Assembly (NCBI GenBank): GCA_052327205.1
Contig: CM126212.1
Location: forward strand, 157,232,001 to 157,296,000
Direction: 5' to 3'
DNA length: 64,000 nucleotides
Source: Somniosus microcephalus
Lineage: Eukaryota
This document shows positions 37,231 through 48,404 of the stretch, piece by piece. Position 1 is the first letter of the stretch; each line of letters starts with the position of its first letter. The position numbers and the translations under genes were made by a program. The notes under the pieces were generated by a model. That model was not told the origin of the DNA. It saw only the letters and a program-made list of their open reading frames with translations, and searched no databases.

Positions 37231-39114
37231 AGCAACATTATTGTTCTGTAGTGCACTTCGCACAGTGAGAAACCATTTTATAAACAACCAGCTTCAACTG
37301 AAGGACCCCTGCAACCGTGGGTAAGCAGTAAGACCAATTGTGATTTGTTGGTTGTTAAACTGGGAGAAAAACTACTGCTGAGAGAAATCGGAGATAACTC
37401 AACTGAGCTTTGGACATTGGATCAGATGAGTGGGTGGGCAGCAAGAGGAATTCAGACAAAGGACAGACTTTGGATCCGGAGTAGGGACATACAGAATCTG
37501 GATTGTCCAGAGCCAAAATAAAAGTTTATTAGGTCAAATAGACCCAACGTGCAATCTCGCTTTTAATGACTCCTAATACAGGATTTACTCGAGTTGGCAA
37601 CAAAACTATATCCAATGGTGTCCAGGAATCCACTGCCCGACCGCGTTTTAACGAAAGAGGACGGATAATTTACCCACTCACCTCGTCCAATCGGAAATTC
37701 AGAGTGAGCTCAGGGGTAAATTTTACAAACTTGGGGTGGGGGGGGGGGGGTGGGAGGGGGAGGGGGTACCAAAGGTTTCACCCCATAATGCGATACGTCA
37801 AGATGGGCAATAATACAGCACAAACTGCACCAGCATCAAGCCGAATGAGAAAATGAATGAGAAATCAAGTATTTTATAATGTAACTTAAATTTTAGCATT
37901 CTGGCTGCAAGTTAACATATATTGATTCAGCTAAATGAAACAGGAAATCAACTTGGCTGTAAGCACAGTGAGTGCATAATGGGAAGAGGCTTCACTTTGC
38001 CTTTTTACAGCAGTAGAATACACCATAAAGAATCCTTCCTTCCTGAGCCTTTGTTGGCTGGATATTAAAAAAAAAAGTTAATAACTGGTTCATGTATCAT
38101 TTTCCACCTGGGCACTTCCTCCTCTCGATTTAGAGTAATAGGCACCATTAACGTATAAAATATTAATCATGCACAAGCACTGTATTCTATAATGGTTTCA
38201 ACAATCAGTATTAAAAAAAAAATCGACTGATATATTTCTTCTATTCCCTTGCCTCGGACTCATTGCTATTCCTGCAATTTTTTTAAGAAAAAGAGATCAT
38301 AAACAGCAAAAAACAAGTGGCTAAAGTCCTAAAACCGTGCCGGTGACTGCTGAGTATAATTCCTTAGAGAACACCTGCAACTTCACCATTTAACTGTGCA
38401 ACCTTGACATAATCCCGTCAAACAGCTCTGTAACAGGCTAAGGAGATAGAGGGGGAAAAAAACAAACTCACCAAATTTTTTTTTTTTTTTTTAAGTTTCT
38501 CATGAGGAAAAGCTCGTGATCCCCAAAATTTCTGATGGCCTGATGTGCCAAATGCTGGGAGCAGGAACTGGGCTGACTATCCTAACTCAGATGTCTCTTA
38601 ATTTCAGGCAGAAAAAAAACTGGGAATGCTGGAAATCTGAAAGAGAAACAGAATATGCCGGAAATATACTGGTCAGTCGACACTGTATAAAGTACAAGTA
38701 CAAAGCCGGGTTTCAAATACTCGTGCCCTGGGCAGTCGGTATCACTTCAACCTGTGCTGATCACAGAACATTTGATAAAAGATGTCAGCCATTCTTTGAG
38801 GTGGTTAAATTGGGTTAAATTAGATTCTAGATCATCAGCATCTTACCACAAATGTATCTAAATATAATTAATTTGCATCTTTGTGTCACTTCAGCTCAGT
38901 GTGATAATTCCCAAGCACGACTGCACCTCCACTGTGGAATACTTCCGTGTATCTACCTCTCCATGACAGCGATAATAACTGTTCATTTAGGTAGGATGCA
39001 ATTATGATTAGCATAGTCACAACATGTGCGTGTCCAGTGGAATTGTTCATCCAGAACTCACAGGCACTTCTGGAAGTTTTCCATAACCTCTGCTGATTGC
39101 CCAGGGCGTAAGCC

Positions 39115-39998
39115 CACCATCCACTGGATGAGTAGAAATGTCCTCCAATTAAATATCGGGAAGACCAAAGCCATTGTCTTTGGTTCACGCCATAAACTCC
39201 ATTCCCTTTCCACTGATTCGATCTCTCTCCCCGGCAATTGCCTAAGGCTGACCAAGTCTGTTTGCAACCTTGGTGTCATATTTGATCACAAACTGAGCTT
39301 CCTATCTCATATCCCGTTCTATCACTAAGACCGTCCATTTACACCTTCTCAATATCGCCCGTCTCTGTCCTTACCTCATCTTATCTGCTGCCGAAACCCT
39401 CATCCATGTCTTTTTCACCTCTATACTTGACTATTCCAAAGCACTCCTGGCCGGCCTCCCTAGTTCTACCCTCCATAAACTTAAGGTCATCCAAAACTCT
39501 GCCACCCATGTGCTAACTCGCACCAAGACCCACTCACCCATCTCCCCTGTGCTTGCTGACCTGCATTGGCTCCCAGTTAAGCAACACCTCGATTTTAAAA
39601 TTCTCATTCTTGCTTTCAAATCCCTCCATTTGCCTCACCCCTCCTTATCTCCAATGTCCTCCAGCCCTATAATCCCCAGACCTCAGCACTCCGCCTATTC
39701 TGACCTTTTGAACATCCCCGATTTTAAATGCTCCATCATTGGTGGCCGTGCCTTCAGCTGCTTAGGTCCTGAGCTCTGGAATTTCCTCCCTAATTCTCTC
39801 CGTCTCTCTACTTCTCTTTCCTCCTTTAAGACGCTCCTTAAAACCTACCTCTTCAACCAAGCTTTTGGTCAACTGCCGTAACATCTCCTCATATGGCTCG
39901 GTGTCAAATTTTGTTTTTTTTGATAACACTCCTGTGAAGCGCCTTGGCACGTTTTTAATTACATTAGAGGTGCTGGATAAATATAAGTTGTTGTTGTA
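39115..39998 (+). mobile_element. L2 LINE 3' portion
   Basis: LQLNIGKTKAIVFG; PVLADLHWLPVKQ; (TTG)n tail. Confidence 0.9.
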
Positions 39999-40094
39999 GC
40001 ACCGCTGAAATTCAGTGTAAGGGGCTACAAGGTCCCCCTGACACACAACAACTCCAGAATAATCCACCAGTAACTCGAATTATGGCAGCTTTAC

Positions 40095-40362
40095 ATCCAT
40101 TGCCACACTACACTGGAAGCATGCAATTTTTTTTACCATTCTTTCACGGGCTGTGGGCGTCGCTGGGAAGGCCGGCATTTATTGCCCATCCCTAATTGCC
40201 CTGGAGAAGGTGGTGGTGAGCCACCATCTTGAACCGCTGCAGTCCGTGTGGTGAAGGTACGCCCACAGTGCTGATCTCATCAAACTTCAGAAGCTAAACA
40301 GAGTCAGACCTAGGTAGTAATTAAATAAGTGACCACCTGGAAATGCCAGAGGCAGTAAGCTT
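40095..40362 (+). pseudogene. Degenerate 5S rRNA-derived sequence, interrupted by a Crack-like LINE tail (40125-40270, -)
   Basis: atccattgccacactacactggaagcatgc | ctgatctcatcaaacttcagaagctaaacagagtcagacctaggtagtaattaaataagtgaccacctggaaatgccagaggcagtaagctt aligns by eye along the length of vertebrate 5S rRNA. Confidence 0.75.
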
Positions 40363-40363
40363 G

Positions 40364-40460
40364 TGAGCAGAGGTTATGGTATTGGACTAGCAACCCAGGG
40401 GTTAAGAATTCAGATCCTACAACAGCAAATTGTGCAGCTACATTCAATACATCTAACAGT
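40364..40460 (+). mobile_element. tRNA-derived SINE head (AmnSINE2-like), directly after the 5S sequence
   Basis: ggttatggtattggactagcaacccaggggtt..ttcagatcctac matches the SINE head at 46755-46798/47562 onward. Confidence 0.55.
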
Positions 40461-40940
40461 TGACCTGGGACTACAGTAGCAGTATGGCCTTCCCCAATTC
40501 ACGGCACCAACATTGGTCACACAGGATCTAACAATGTCACGATTGTATTCCATATGCACATCCGATGGCCCCCCAAAGGAAAATGTATAAAAAAACGATA
40601 ATACAAGTAAAAAAAATGCAAGACTTCTTAGGATCAGGAAAAAGACAAGCCCATTCCCTTTTCATGGAGCTCAACACCACATCATTGCTATATTCCTCAC
40701 TCACATCTCTCGCCCCAAACACATCTAATTGCCTCTTGAACCAAGCCTGCTTCAACGACTTTCCCTGGTAACTTATTGTCCAAGTCCAGTAATAGTTGTG
40801 TGAGACTTGCCCAACTTCCCTTCTTTCTCAGAACTTCCTAATTTTCAGATTAGCATCTGAATCCTTTGCCATTGTGAACCATTTCCCTGGATAAATGTTA
40901 GGGTTTTTGTTTTAAGCTTGTGTCTCCTGGTATTTGAACC

Positions 40941-41175
40941 TGTGGTGTATGTAACCGTTCCACCTTTAAGAGAACTATTTTAAGAGATGCACTACTTTAT
41001 CTTGGCTGCTGTATACTGTAATACCGGTGGTGACCACACCGGTATATAAGTGCTGTGTAATGATTTATTGGGCAGTTCAGCCTGACCTTCGACTAGTAAA
41101 GACCTGTTGAATTTATTCTTCTGGTCTGTGTGCAGTGATTCTTATTAACAATAACTAAAACACACAGACTTAACA
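40941..41175 (+). repeat. 5' LTR of Gypsy element 1
   Basis: Direct repeat of 45969-46203; TATA-like tatataa at 41043; AGTAAA variant polyA signal. Confidence 0.97.
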
Positions 41176-41176
41176 G

Positions 41177-41190
41177 TGGCGACGATGACG
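41177..41190 (+). promoter_or_regulatory. Primer-binding site, probably tRNA-Ser(GCU)
   Basis: TGGCGACGA(T)GA one base after the LTR; complementary to the ...CUCGUCGCCA 3' end I recall for this tRNA. Confidence 0.7.
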
Positions 41191-41930
41191 ATCTTACCCT
41201 GCGGCAGAGATATATCCAAGGCAGTTTAACGGGCGTCGAGAAGAGGCATCCGCCCTCATCATCCTGCTGAGAAAAGACTCGGGTCTGAAGAGCAAGGAAG
41301 AATCCTGACACGAAGCCTTCCATCAGCAACAGGCAGTGATCATCCCTTCTACCACGGTGGTGGGTAAGCCGATCAGCGACGAGCAGCAAGTTGGCCACGT
41401 TGGCTGTGAAGTAGGGGAGGGAAAAACGGAGGATATACGGGCGGAGAACTCGACCACGGCCGGGGAAAAGAGCCGGACAGAAGTCGGGGCCAGAGGCGCT
41501 GAGACTGGGGCAGCGTAAGGCACGGGAGCCGCGGTGAATGCAAACGCAGCCGGTGTAAAAGACCGGGCTGCAAGCGGGCTGGGAGACGCAACAGCGTCGA
41601 GAGAGAGCTCGACCGCGACCGGGGAAAAAGGCCGGGCAGCGACCGAGGCCGCGAGGAAATTAAAAAAATTTTTTAAAAACCGCTGAGAACTCAGCCGCAG
41701 CCGGGGGAAAGGACCGGACTGCAAGAGGGGCTGGGAGGCACGATTCGAGAACCGCTGGGGAGGGCGAACGCAGCAATACGGCAATCGCCATTACAGCCAG
41801 CGGGGGAGAAAGGCAAACGCGGGAAGCCGCCATTTTCGTAGGCGGAGGAAGAAGACAAGCGCGGGAAACCGCCATTTTGAAAAAAAAATAAAAGAAAAAT
41901 TTCTTGTTGTTTCTCAAGAAGATTGCGAGG

Positions 41931-44900
41931 ATGCCTATGCGTGGTAACATCAACGATTTCGATGCCGATGTTGAAGATTGGGCCACGTATGTAGAACGCA
42001 TAGAGATTTATTGTAAGGCAAATAAAATATCAGATGAAGATAAAGCACTAACCTTACTAAACTCAATGGGTGCGAAGACATACGGGCTATTGAAGCATCT
42101 TCTATCACCAGCTAAACCGGCGGATCAGGCTTTCGCTAATATTGTTGCTGTCCTGAGAAATCATTTGAACCCCACACCGCTGATGTTAGCGGAACGATTT
42201 AAATTTTATGCGAGAACGCAACTGAAAGAGGAAAGCAATGCGGAGTATTTAATTGAACTGCGTAAGCTAGCGAAATACTGTCAGTTTGGGGAAAGACTGA
42301 CAGAGGCACTGAGAGACAAATTCGTGTGTGGATTGTCGAAAGAAGGAACACAAAAGCGGCTGCTTGAAGAGAATGATCTTACACTTGATAAGGCTGTCAC
42401 TATTGCAGCATCGCACGAAGCCGCAGCGAGAGGCACTGCGGAAATGCAGCTGAAGGCAGCGGTACTCAGCGTAGATCAAATGGCTTTGGGTACAGCGAAA
42501 TGTTATCGTTGTGGAAAGACAACACACGATCAGAACCAATGCTGGTTTAAAAATCAGGAATGTAGAAAATGTGGCAAGCTTGGTCACATAGCTAAAGTAT
42601 GCCGGTCAGGAAAGAAGACCAGCAACAAAAAGTCACCGCAGGAAAAGTGCAGAAAGGTACATAAGGTGGCTGAGAAGAGTTCGGATGAACGGAATTCGGA
42701 TTCAGACTCCAACAGCAAGGAACTGGGTAGTCTGAGAATTCACAATGTGAGTAAGGAAGCTGACCTACAAACTATCTGGGTCACACTTCAGCTAGCAGGA
42801 GTCCAAGTGAAGATGGAATTGGACACCGGATCGGCGTTGACGGTCATGAATAAGCAAGATTACAAAAGGTTATTCACACATATTCCCCTACGGGATACGG
42901 AGATAGTATTGCAGACATACACGGGGCAAAGAGTATACCCCATCGGAAAGATAAAAGTCAAGGTGGTACACAAGGGCAAAGAACACCAAGGAATGGACTT
43001 ATATGTACTACCTGAGGGAGGTCCATCACTTCTGGGACGGGAGTGGATCAGGAAAATAAATATGGACTGGCACTCCCTAAAAGCAATAACGGTAGATTCC
43101 GGAAAAAAAGATGTCAAACCTGAACGATTGTCCAGGATATTGGATGAGGCTAAAGAGGTGTTCCAACAGGGACTGGGAACACTGAGAGGAATTACAGCAA
43201 AAATCAAGATTGCAGAACATGCAAACCCAAAATTTTTCAAAGCCAGACCGATACCTTATGCGATACGACCTGCTGTGGAAGCTGAGCTGGAAGGGCTAGA
43301 ACGTTCAGGAGTACTGTCTAAGGTGGACTGGAGTGAGTGGGCCACGCCCATTGTTCCCGTCATGAAGCGTTCATCGAGTAACAAGCCAGGGGAACCGGGG
43401 AAGGTCCGCGTCTGTGGAGACTTCAAGATCACGGTTAATCCGGTGCTTCACACGGTGCAATATCCACTTCCGCGGATTGAGGATATCTTTGCTTCATTGT
43501 CTGGCGGGAAACACTTCACCAAGATAGGCCTGGCGCAGGCGTACTTACAGATGGAAGTTGAGGAAGAGTCGCGCCAGTATCTCACAATCAACACGCACAG
43601 AGGCTTGTATCGATATAATAGACTGGTTTTTGGAGTGGCTTCGGCTCCAGCAATTTGGCAGAGGGCCATGGAGCAGGTATTACAGGGAATTCCAAGCACT
43701 CAATGTTACTTGGACGATATCCTGATTACAGGAGATGACGATGAGGAACACCTTGCAAATTTGAAACTGGTGCTCACCAGATTGAAGGAATATGGACTTC
43801 GAGTTAATCGCCAGAAATGTGAGTTCTTTCAGAAACGGATCTCGTACTGTGGTCATGTCATTGACCAGGAGGGGCTGCACAAGTCACCTGACAAGATCGA
43901 AGCTGTTGTGAAGGCTCCCGCTCCGGAAAATGTATCCCAGTTGAGGTCGTTCCTAGGGTTGATTAACTATTACCATAAGTTTCTGCCAAATCTATCCACG
44001 GTGCTGCACCCGCTGAACGCTCTTTTGCAGAAAGAAGTACCATGGAAGTGGAGCGAGGACTGTAAGAAGGCCTTTCGCAAAAGCAAGGCATTGATCACCT
44101 CAGAGGAAGTGTTGGCTCACTTCAACCCAACGCTACCTATTCGTTTAGCTTGTGATGCTTCTCCTTATGGTATTGGAGCAGTACTCTCACACAAGTTGCC
44201 AAATGACTTGGAAAGGCCAGTCGCATTTGCATCCAGATCATTGACCTCCGCTGAGCGCAACTATGCTCAGATAGATAGGGAGGCGCTCAGCCTTGTGTGG
44301 GGAGTAAAGAAGTTTAATCATTACCTGCAGGGCCAGAAGTTTACACTGCTGACAGACCACCAGCCGTTGGTATCCATTTTTAACCCTAAGAAGGGTGTTT
44401 CGGTGATGACAGCACAGAGGCTCCAGAGATGGTCCCTTTTCCTAGGGGCACATCAATATCAGATAGAATTCAAAGGTACAAAGCAGCATGGTAATGCTGA
44501 TGGGCTGTCGCGCCTGCCACTACCTACTGAGGAGGAGGCACCGACGGTTGACCCGGTGGAGTTATTTCACTCGACCATCATCGAATGTTTACCTGTCACC
44601 AATGCAAATATTGAAAGGGAGACTAGGAATGACCCGACACTGTCCCGGGTCTACGAATTGACAGTAAAGGGATGGCCAGCCCATGGTGATCCACTGTTAC
44701 CGGCATTCTCAGCAAGACGAGAACAGCTGTCCATCTGTCAGGGAACATTGATGTATGGAACAAGGGTGATTATCCCTCCTAAGTTAAGTGAGAGAGTTCT
44801 AAAAGAACTACATGAAGGTCATCTGGGGGGAGTCAAGATGAAAAGCCTTGCTAGGGCTTATGTGTGGTGGCCGGGTATCGACCAACAGATAGAGGATCTG

Positions 44901-45884
44901 ACGAAAAGCTGCTCAGGGTGCCAAAAAGTCCAAAATGCACCTCCAATTGCACCGCTGCATCCATGGGAATGGCCTTCAACCCCATGGCAACGTGTACATA
45001 TTGACTTTGCTGGTCCATTCATGGACTCCATGTTTTTAATTGCGGTGGACGCACATTCTAAATGGCCAGAAGTGATTAAAATGACTACCACTACCTCGGA
45101 GAAGATGATCGCGGTGCTAAGAACGATATTTGCAAGAAATGGATTGCCAGAGCAAATATGTTCAGACAACGGACCACAGTTCGTGTCAGAGGAATTCCAG
45201 AAATTCCTGAAGAAGAATGGGGTGAAACATTATACCTCTGCCCCATATCATCCAGCTACGAATGGGCTGGCAGAGAGGTTTGTACAGACGTTCAAAAAGG
45301 CAATAAAGGCCATGAGCGAAGATCAGATTCCACTGCAACACAAGGTGGACAATTTCCTACTGGCATATCGAAACGCCACCCATGCAACAACAAACCAAAG
45401 TCCTGCCATGATGTTCTATAACAGGAGGTTGCGGTCCAGGTTGGACTTGTTAAAACCAAATGTGCGGAGGGAAGTCGAAAACAAACAGTTCCAGCATATC
45501 AATAACAAGCCCACTCGGAGTTTTGAAATAGGACAACCGGTGTTAGCCAGGGACTATAAAAACGAGAAATGGCAATCTGGAACAATTCGGGCCAGACAAG
45601 GACCCCTGATGTACACGGTAGATGTTGGTGAAAATGTAATACGGCGTCATGCTGACCAACTGGTAGAATCGAGAACAAGGGTCGAGCCCATGGTTACGAC
45701 AGAGACAACCGTGGAGGAAGTTCGTGAACCTGAAGCATCTACCTCAGAAGTGAATATACCTGATGATGATGTCCTATCCATAGGGGATCAACTAGATGAG
45801 TCACCCCAGCAACGAGAACCAGAGACCCCTGAAAGGCGTTATCCGTCTCGGATCAGGAGGCCTCCTCAGAGACTGAATCTGTGA
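41931..45884 (+). CDS. Gag-Pol polyprotein (gag with two CCHC knuckles, protease, RT, RNase H, integrase)
   Basis: CYRCGKTTHDQNQC and CRKCGKLGHIAKVC; LDTGS; YLDD; CDAS..DRE..TDH; LHEGH..CSGC; HIDF..SDNG..AER. First ATG at 41931. First RT aspartate reads G (FTKIGL). Confidence 0.95.
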   Translation: MPMRGNINDFDADVEDWATYVERIEIYCKANKISDEDKALTLLNSMGAKTYGLLKHLLSPAKPADQAFANIVAVLRNHLNPTPLMLAERFKFYARTQLKEESNAEYLIELRKLAKYCQFGERLTEALRDKFVCGLSKEGTQKRLLEENDLTLDKAVTIAASHEAAARGTAEMQLKAAVLSVDQMALGTAKCYRCGKTTHDQNQCWFKNQECRKCGKLGHIAKVCRSGKKTSNKKSPQEKCRKVHKVAEKSSDERNSDSDSNSKELGSLRIHNVSKEADLQTIWVTLQLAGVQVKMELDTGSALTVMNKQDYKRLFTHIPLRDTEIVLQTYTGQRVYPIGKIKVKVVHKGKEHQGMDLYVLPEGGPSLLGREWIRKINMDWHSLKAITVDSGKKDVKPERLSRILDEAKEVFQQGLGTLRGITAKIKIAEHANPKFFKARPIPYAIRPAVEAELEGLERSGVLSKVDWSEWATPIVPVMKRSSSNKPGEPGKVRVCGDFKITVNPVLHTVQYPLPRIEDIFASLSGGKHFTKIGLAQAYLQMEVEEESRQYLTINTHRGLYRYNRLVFGVASAPAIWQRAMEQVLQGIPSTQCYLDDILITGDDDEEHLANLKLVLTRLKEYGLRVNRQKCEFFQKRISYCGHVIDQEGLHKSPDKIEAVVKAPAPENVSQLRSFLGLINYYHKFLPNLSTVLHPLNALLQKEVPWKWSEDCKKAFRKSKALITSEEVLAHFNPTLPIRLACDASPYGIGAVLSHKLPNDLERPVAFASRSLTSAERNYAQIDREALSLVWGVKKFNHYLQGQKFTLLTDHQPLVSIFNPKKGVSVMTAQRLQRWSLFLGAHQYQIEFKGTKQHGNADGLSRLPLPTEEEAPTVDPVELFHSTIIECLPVTNANIERETRNDPTLSRVYELTVKGWPAHGDPLLPAFSARREQLSICQGTLMYGTRVIIPPKLSERVLKELHEGHLGGVKMKSLARAYVWWPGIDQQIEDLTKSCSGCQKVQNAPPIAPLHPWEWPSTPWQRVHIDFAGPFMDSMFLIAVDAHSKWPEVIKMTTTTSEKMIAVLRTIFARNGLPEQICSDNGPQFVSEEFQKFLKKNGVKHYTSAPYHPATNGLAERFVQTFKKAIKAMSEDQIPLQHKVDNFLLAYRNATHATTNQSPAMMFYNRRLRSRLDLLKPNVRREVENKQFQHINNKPTRSFEIGQPVLARDYKNEKWQSGTIRARQGPLMYTVDVGENVIRRHADQLVESRTRVEPMVTTETTVEEVREPEASTSEVNIPDDDVLSIGDQLDESPQQREPETPERRYPSRIRRPPQRLNL

Positions 45885-45968
45885 ACTGTTTTTACATGAA
45901 GTTGTGTATATATGTTATTATGTTATGTTAAATGGGGAATATATACTGTTAAGCTAAAAAGGGAGGAT

Positions 45969-46203
45969 TGTGGTGTATGTAACCGTTCCACCTTTAAGAG
46001 AACTATTTTAAGAGATGCACTACTTTATCTTGGCTGCTGTATACTGTAATACCGGTGGTGACCACACCGGTATATAAGTGCTGTGTAATGATTTATTGGG
46101 CAGTTCAGCCTGACCTTCGACTAGTAAAGACCTGTTGAATTTATTCTTGTGGTCTGTGTGCAGTGATTCTTATTAACAATAACTAGAACACATAGACTTA
46201 ACA
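45969..46203 (+). repeat. 3' LTR of Gypsy element 1
   Basis: Direct repeat of 40941-41175, preceded by the PPT. Confidence 0.97.
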
Positions 46204-46754
46204 GAACCCTTCACTGAACTGAACAATTGGGCGGAATGAACTGCAACAATTCCCTTCAAGATCTTAGAAACACCCATTAGGTCAGCTTGAAACCTTTTTT
46301 TCCCCAAAGAAAGCATGCTGAACTTCCTTAACCTTCCCTCACAAACTTAAAATCCTGGTATGGTCTTTTGTCGTTTGTCTCAGTAACACCCACTCCTCTC
46401 ACCCGCACCTCCCCGAAGGCAATAACATCAAATCTACAATTTGGTGACCAGAACTTCCCACAGTTCTCCCAATGGCCAGATACAGCAGCAGTACAACCTT
46501 ATTTGATTCGTACTCTGTCCTTTGCCAATACAGCCCAGTTATTTTTATATAAACAAAACACACAGAAATTACAGAAATGCACAGCATGTTGGTCAGCGTC
46601 TGGAAAAAGGAGACAGGTATTGTTACAGGGGCGACCTTTTGATCTGCTGTGCATTTCCAGCATTTTACTTCAGAATTCCTGTCAAAAACTTGACAGCACA
46701 ATTGCTGAGCATGAGTGTAGCTACAGTGATATCAGTCCACCCAGAACGGATACA

Positions 46755-47825
46755 GTAGCCTAGTGGTTATGGCACTGGACTCGCAACAAAGAGGTCATGG
46801 CCCAGAAATTCGGGTCTCCACGGGTGAGTACGCACGGCATACTCACTCACCCGTAGGCCCAATGGAAGTGCCGGTTTCCTGTATGCACTGCGCATGCGCG
46901 GGAAACCGGCACTTCCGTTCCCCTGAAAGCAGGGGTTCAGAGGTCTAACGCATGCGCGGGAGAGACTGTGCGTGTGCATCGAACTTCGTTTTTTTTTTAA
47001 AAACAGGTTTTCCCGGAGGTAAGCCTGCAGAATTTAGAAATGTAAAAAGCAGGACAAGGTAAGTAGTGAATTAATAAAAATTAAAACATTTTTTCCACAG
47101 GTTTATTATTTTTTAAATACTTTAAAGCAAGGTAAGTTTATTTTTAGCCCCGTTAGAAAATAAAATTATTTTTTTCAAAAATTTAAATTATTGTTTAAAA
47201 GTTATTTCATGTAATTTATAGTTTATTTAAAAAATGTGATTTTTTTAAAAATTTATTTGAAGATTTAGTGATGTTTTGTAAGAAGGAAGGGCCCGTAGTA
47301 TTTCTAAGTTTGACAGCACTTCCTGTCAGACTTATGAATGGAGCATTCCCTGCTCCGATTGGCTCCCCATGGCCCACGTGATCCCAGGGGACGCTTCGAA
47401 CTAACTGCGCCCCTGGGATACGCAAGCACAGCGCACTGGCAGCTGGAGCAGGCCCAGGATCGGAATTCCACGGGGGCCCACAGCTCAACGGCCGGCGCGC
47501 TAGTTAAGTGCAGATCGGGGGCTTGCACCCGCGGGAAGCCCCCGACCCGAATTTCTGGGCCCATGAGTTTAAATCCCACAGTAATCATTCAGTCTGGTAA
47601 TCTGTGGGCTAGCACTAGAAAAATGCAGTGAAAGCTGCTGGATTGTCCTCAAAACCCAACTGGTTTACTAATGTCCATCTCAAGAAGGGAACCCATCACC
47701 CTCCCTGGTCTAGCCTGTGTGAGACTCAAGTGGTTGACGCTTAGTACCTTCAGGGCAACTGGGGATGGACAATAAATATTGCCTTGCCAGTGCAGTCCAC
47801 ATCCCAAAAACAAATTTAAAAAAAT
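46755..47825 (+). mobile_element. tRNA-derived SINE (AmnSINE2-like) with Crack-like tail, split by a MITE
   Basis: A box tagcctagtggtta; B-box-like gagtttaaatccc after the insert; aaaacccaactggtttactaatgtcc core; tail gggatggacaataaat. Confidence 0.65.
46799..47561. mobile_element. MITE family 3, perfect 18-bp TIRs, 3-bp TSD CAT
   Basis: ggcccagaaattcgggtc / gacccgaatttctgggcc; AT-rich centre. Confidence 0.88.
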
Positions 47826-48404
47826 CTCATTGCATGAAAGAAAATCAATGATATCGCCAGTGATCAATCAAATGCAATGTTACAAGTTACATTTCACAAA
47901 AAGTTCTCCTCACTCAGAATGCTAGGGAGAGGATTTTGATTGTTGAAATTTGCTCACAACGTACAACTCTGCTTTAAGTAGTGAATTTTAAAAAGACAAC
48001 TATCCCCCCTGAGTGGAAGAGCGTGTACGGTTCCAGGTCATCATCTAGTCAACAGATTAGTGCACAAAGTGCAATTAACACAGCATCTGTTGGTTGTAGA
48101 AGATCGAAACAGTAAACATTGTATATACTGTAAATACTAGATAATAGAGCGTGAAAGGTTGGAACAGTTCTAAATAGAAAGGCAGACCTTAATTACAATT
48201 GCAATATCTACTGGACCAGGAATTCACTTGAACAATTCTGTTTGGCTGCTGGGTGAATTAGTGCCTGAAACCAGATCGTCCAGACTTTCAGAGCTGCCAA
48301 CTCAGTCACTACCTGCTGTAAAGCTGAATAAAGTCAGCACATCATCAGAATGCACAGTGAACTCCATTTTCCACGGTTCACTTTCAATCGGCAAGGCGTT
48401 TCCA

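Larger units (their letters stand above)
40941..46203 (+). mobile_element. Full-length Ty3/Gypsy LTR retrotransposon (Mag-like)
   Basis: 235-bp LTRs (TG...CA) with 3 differences by eye; 5-bp TSD GAACC; PBS tggcgacga; PPT aaaaagggagga; single gag-pol ORF. Confidence 0.97.

Noticed and set aside
42267-45421. Alternate-frame and antisense ORFs in the Gypsy pol (also those antisense to CR1 ORF2)
   Set aside because: Shadow ORFs of real coding sequence; no env or accessory gene is supported.
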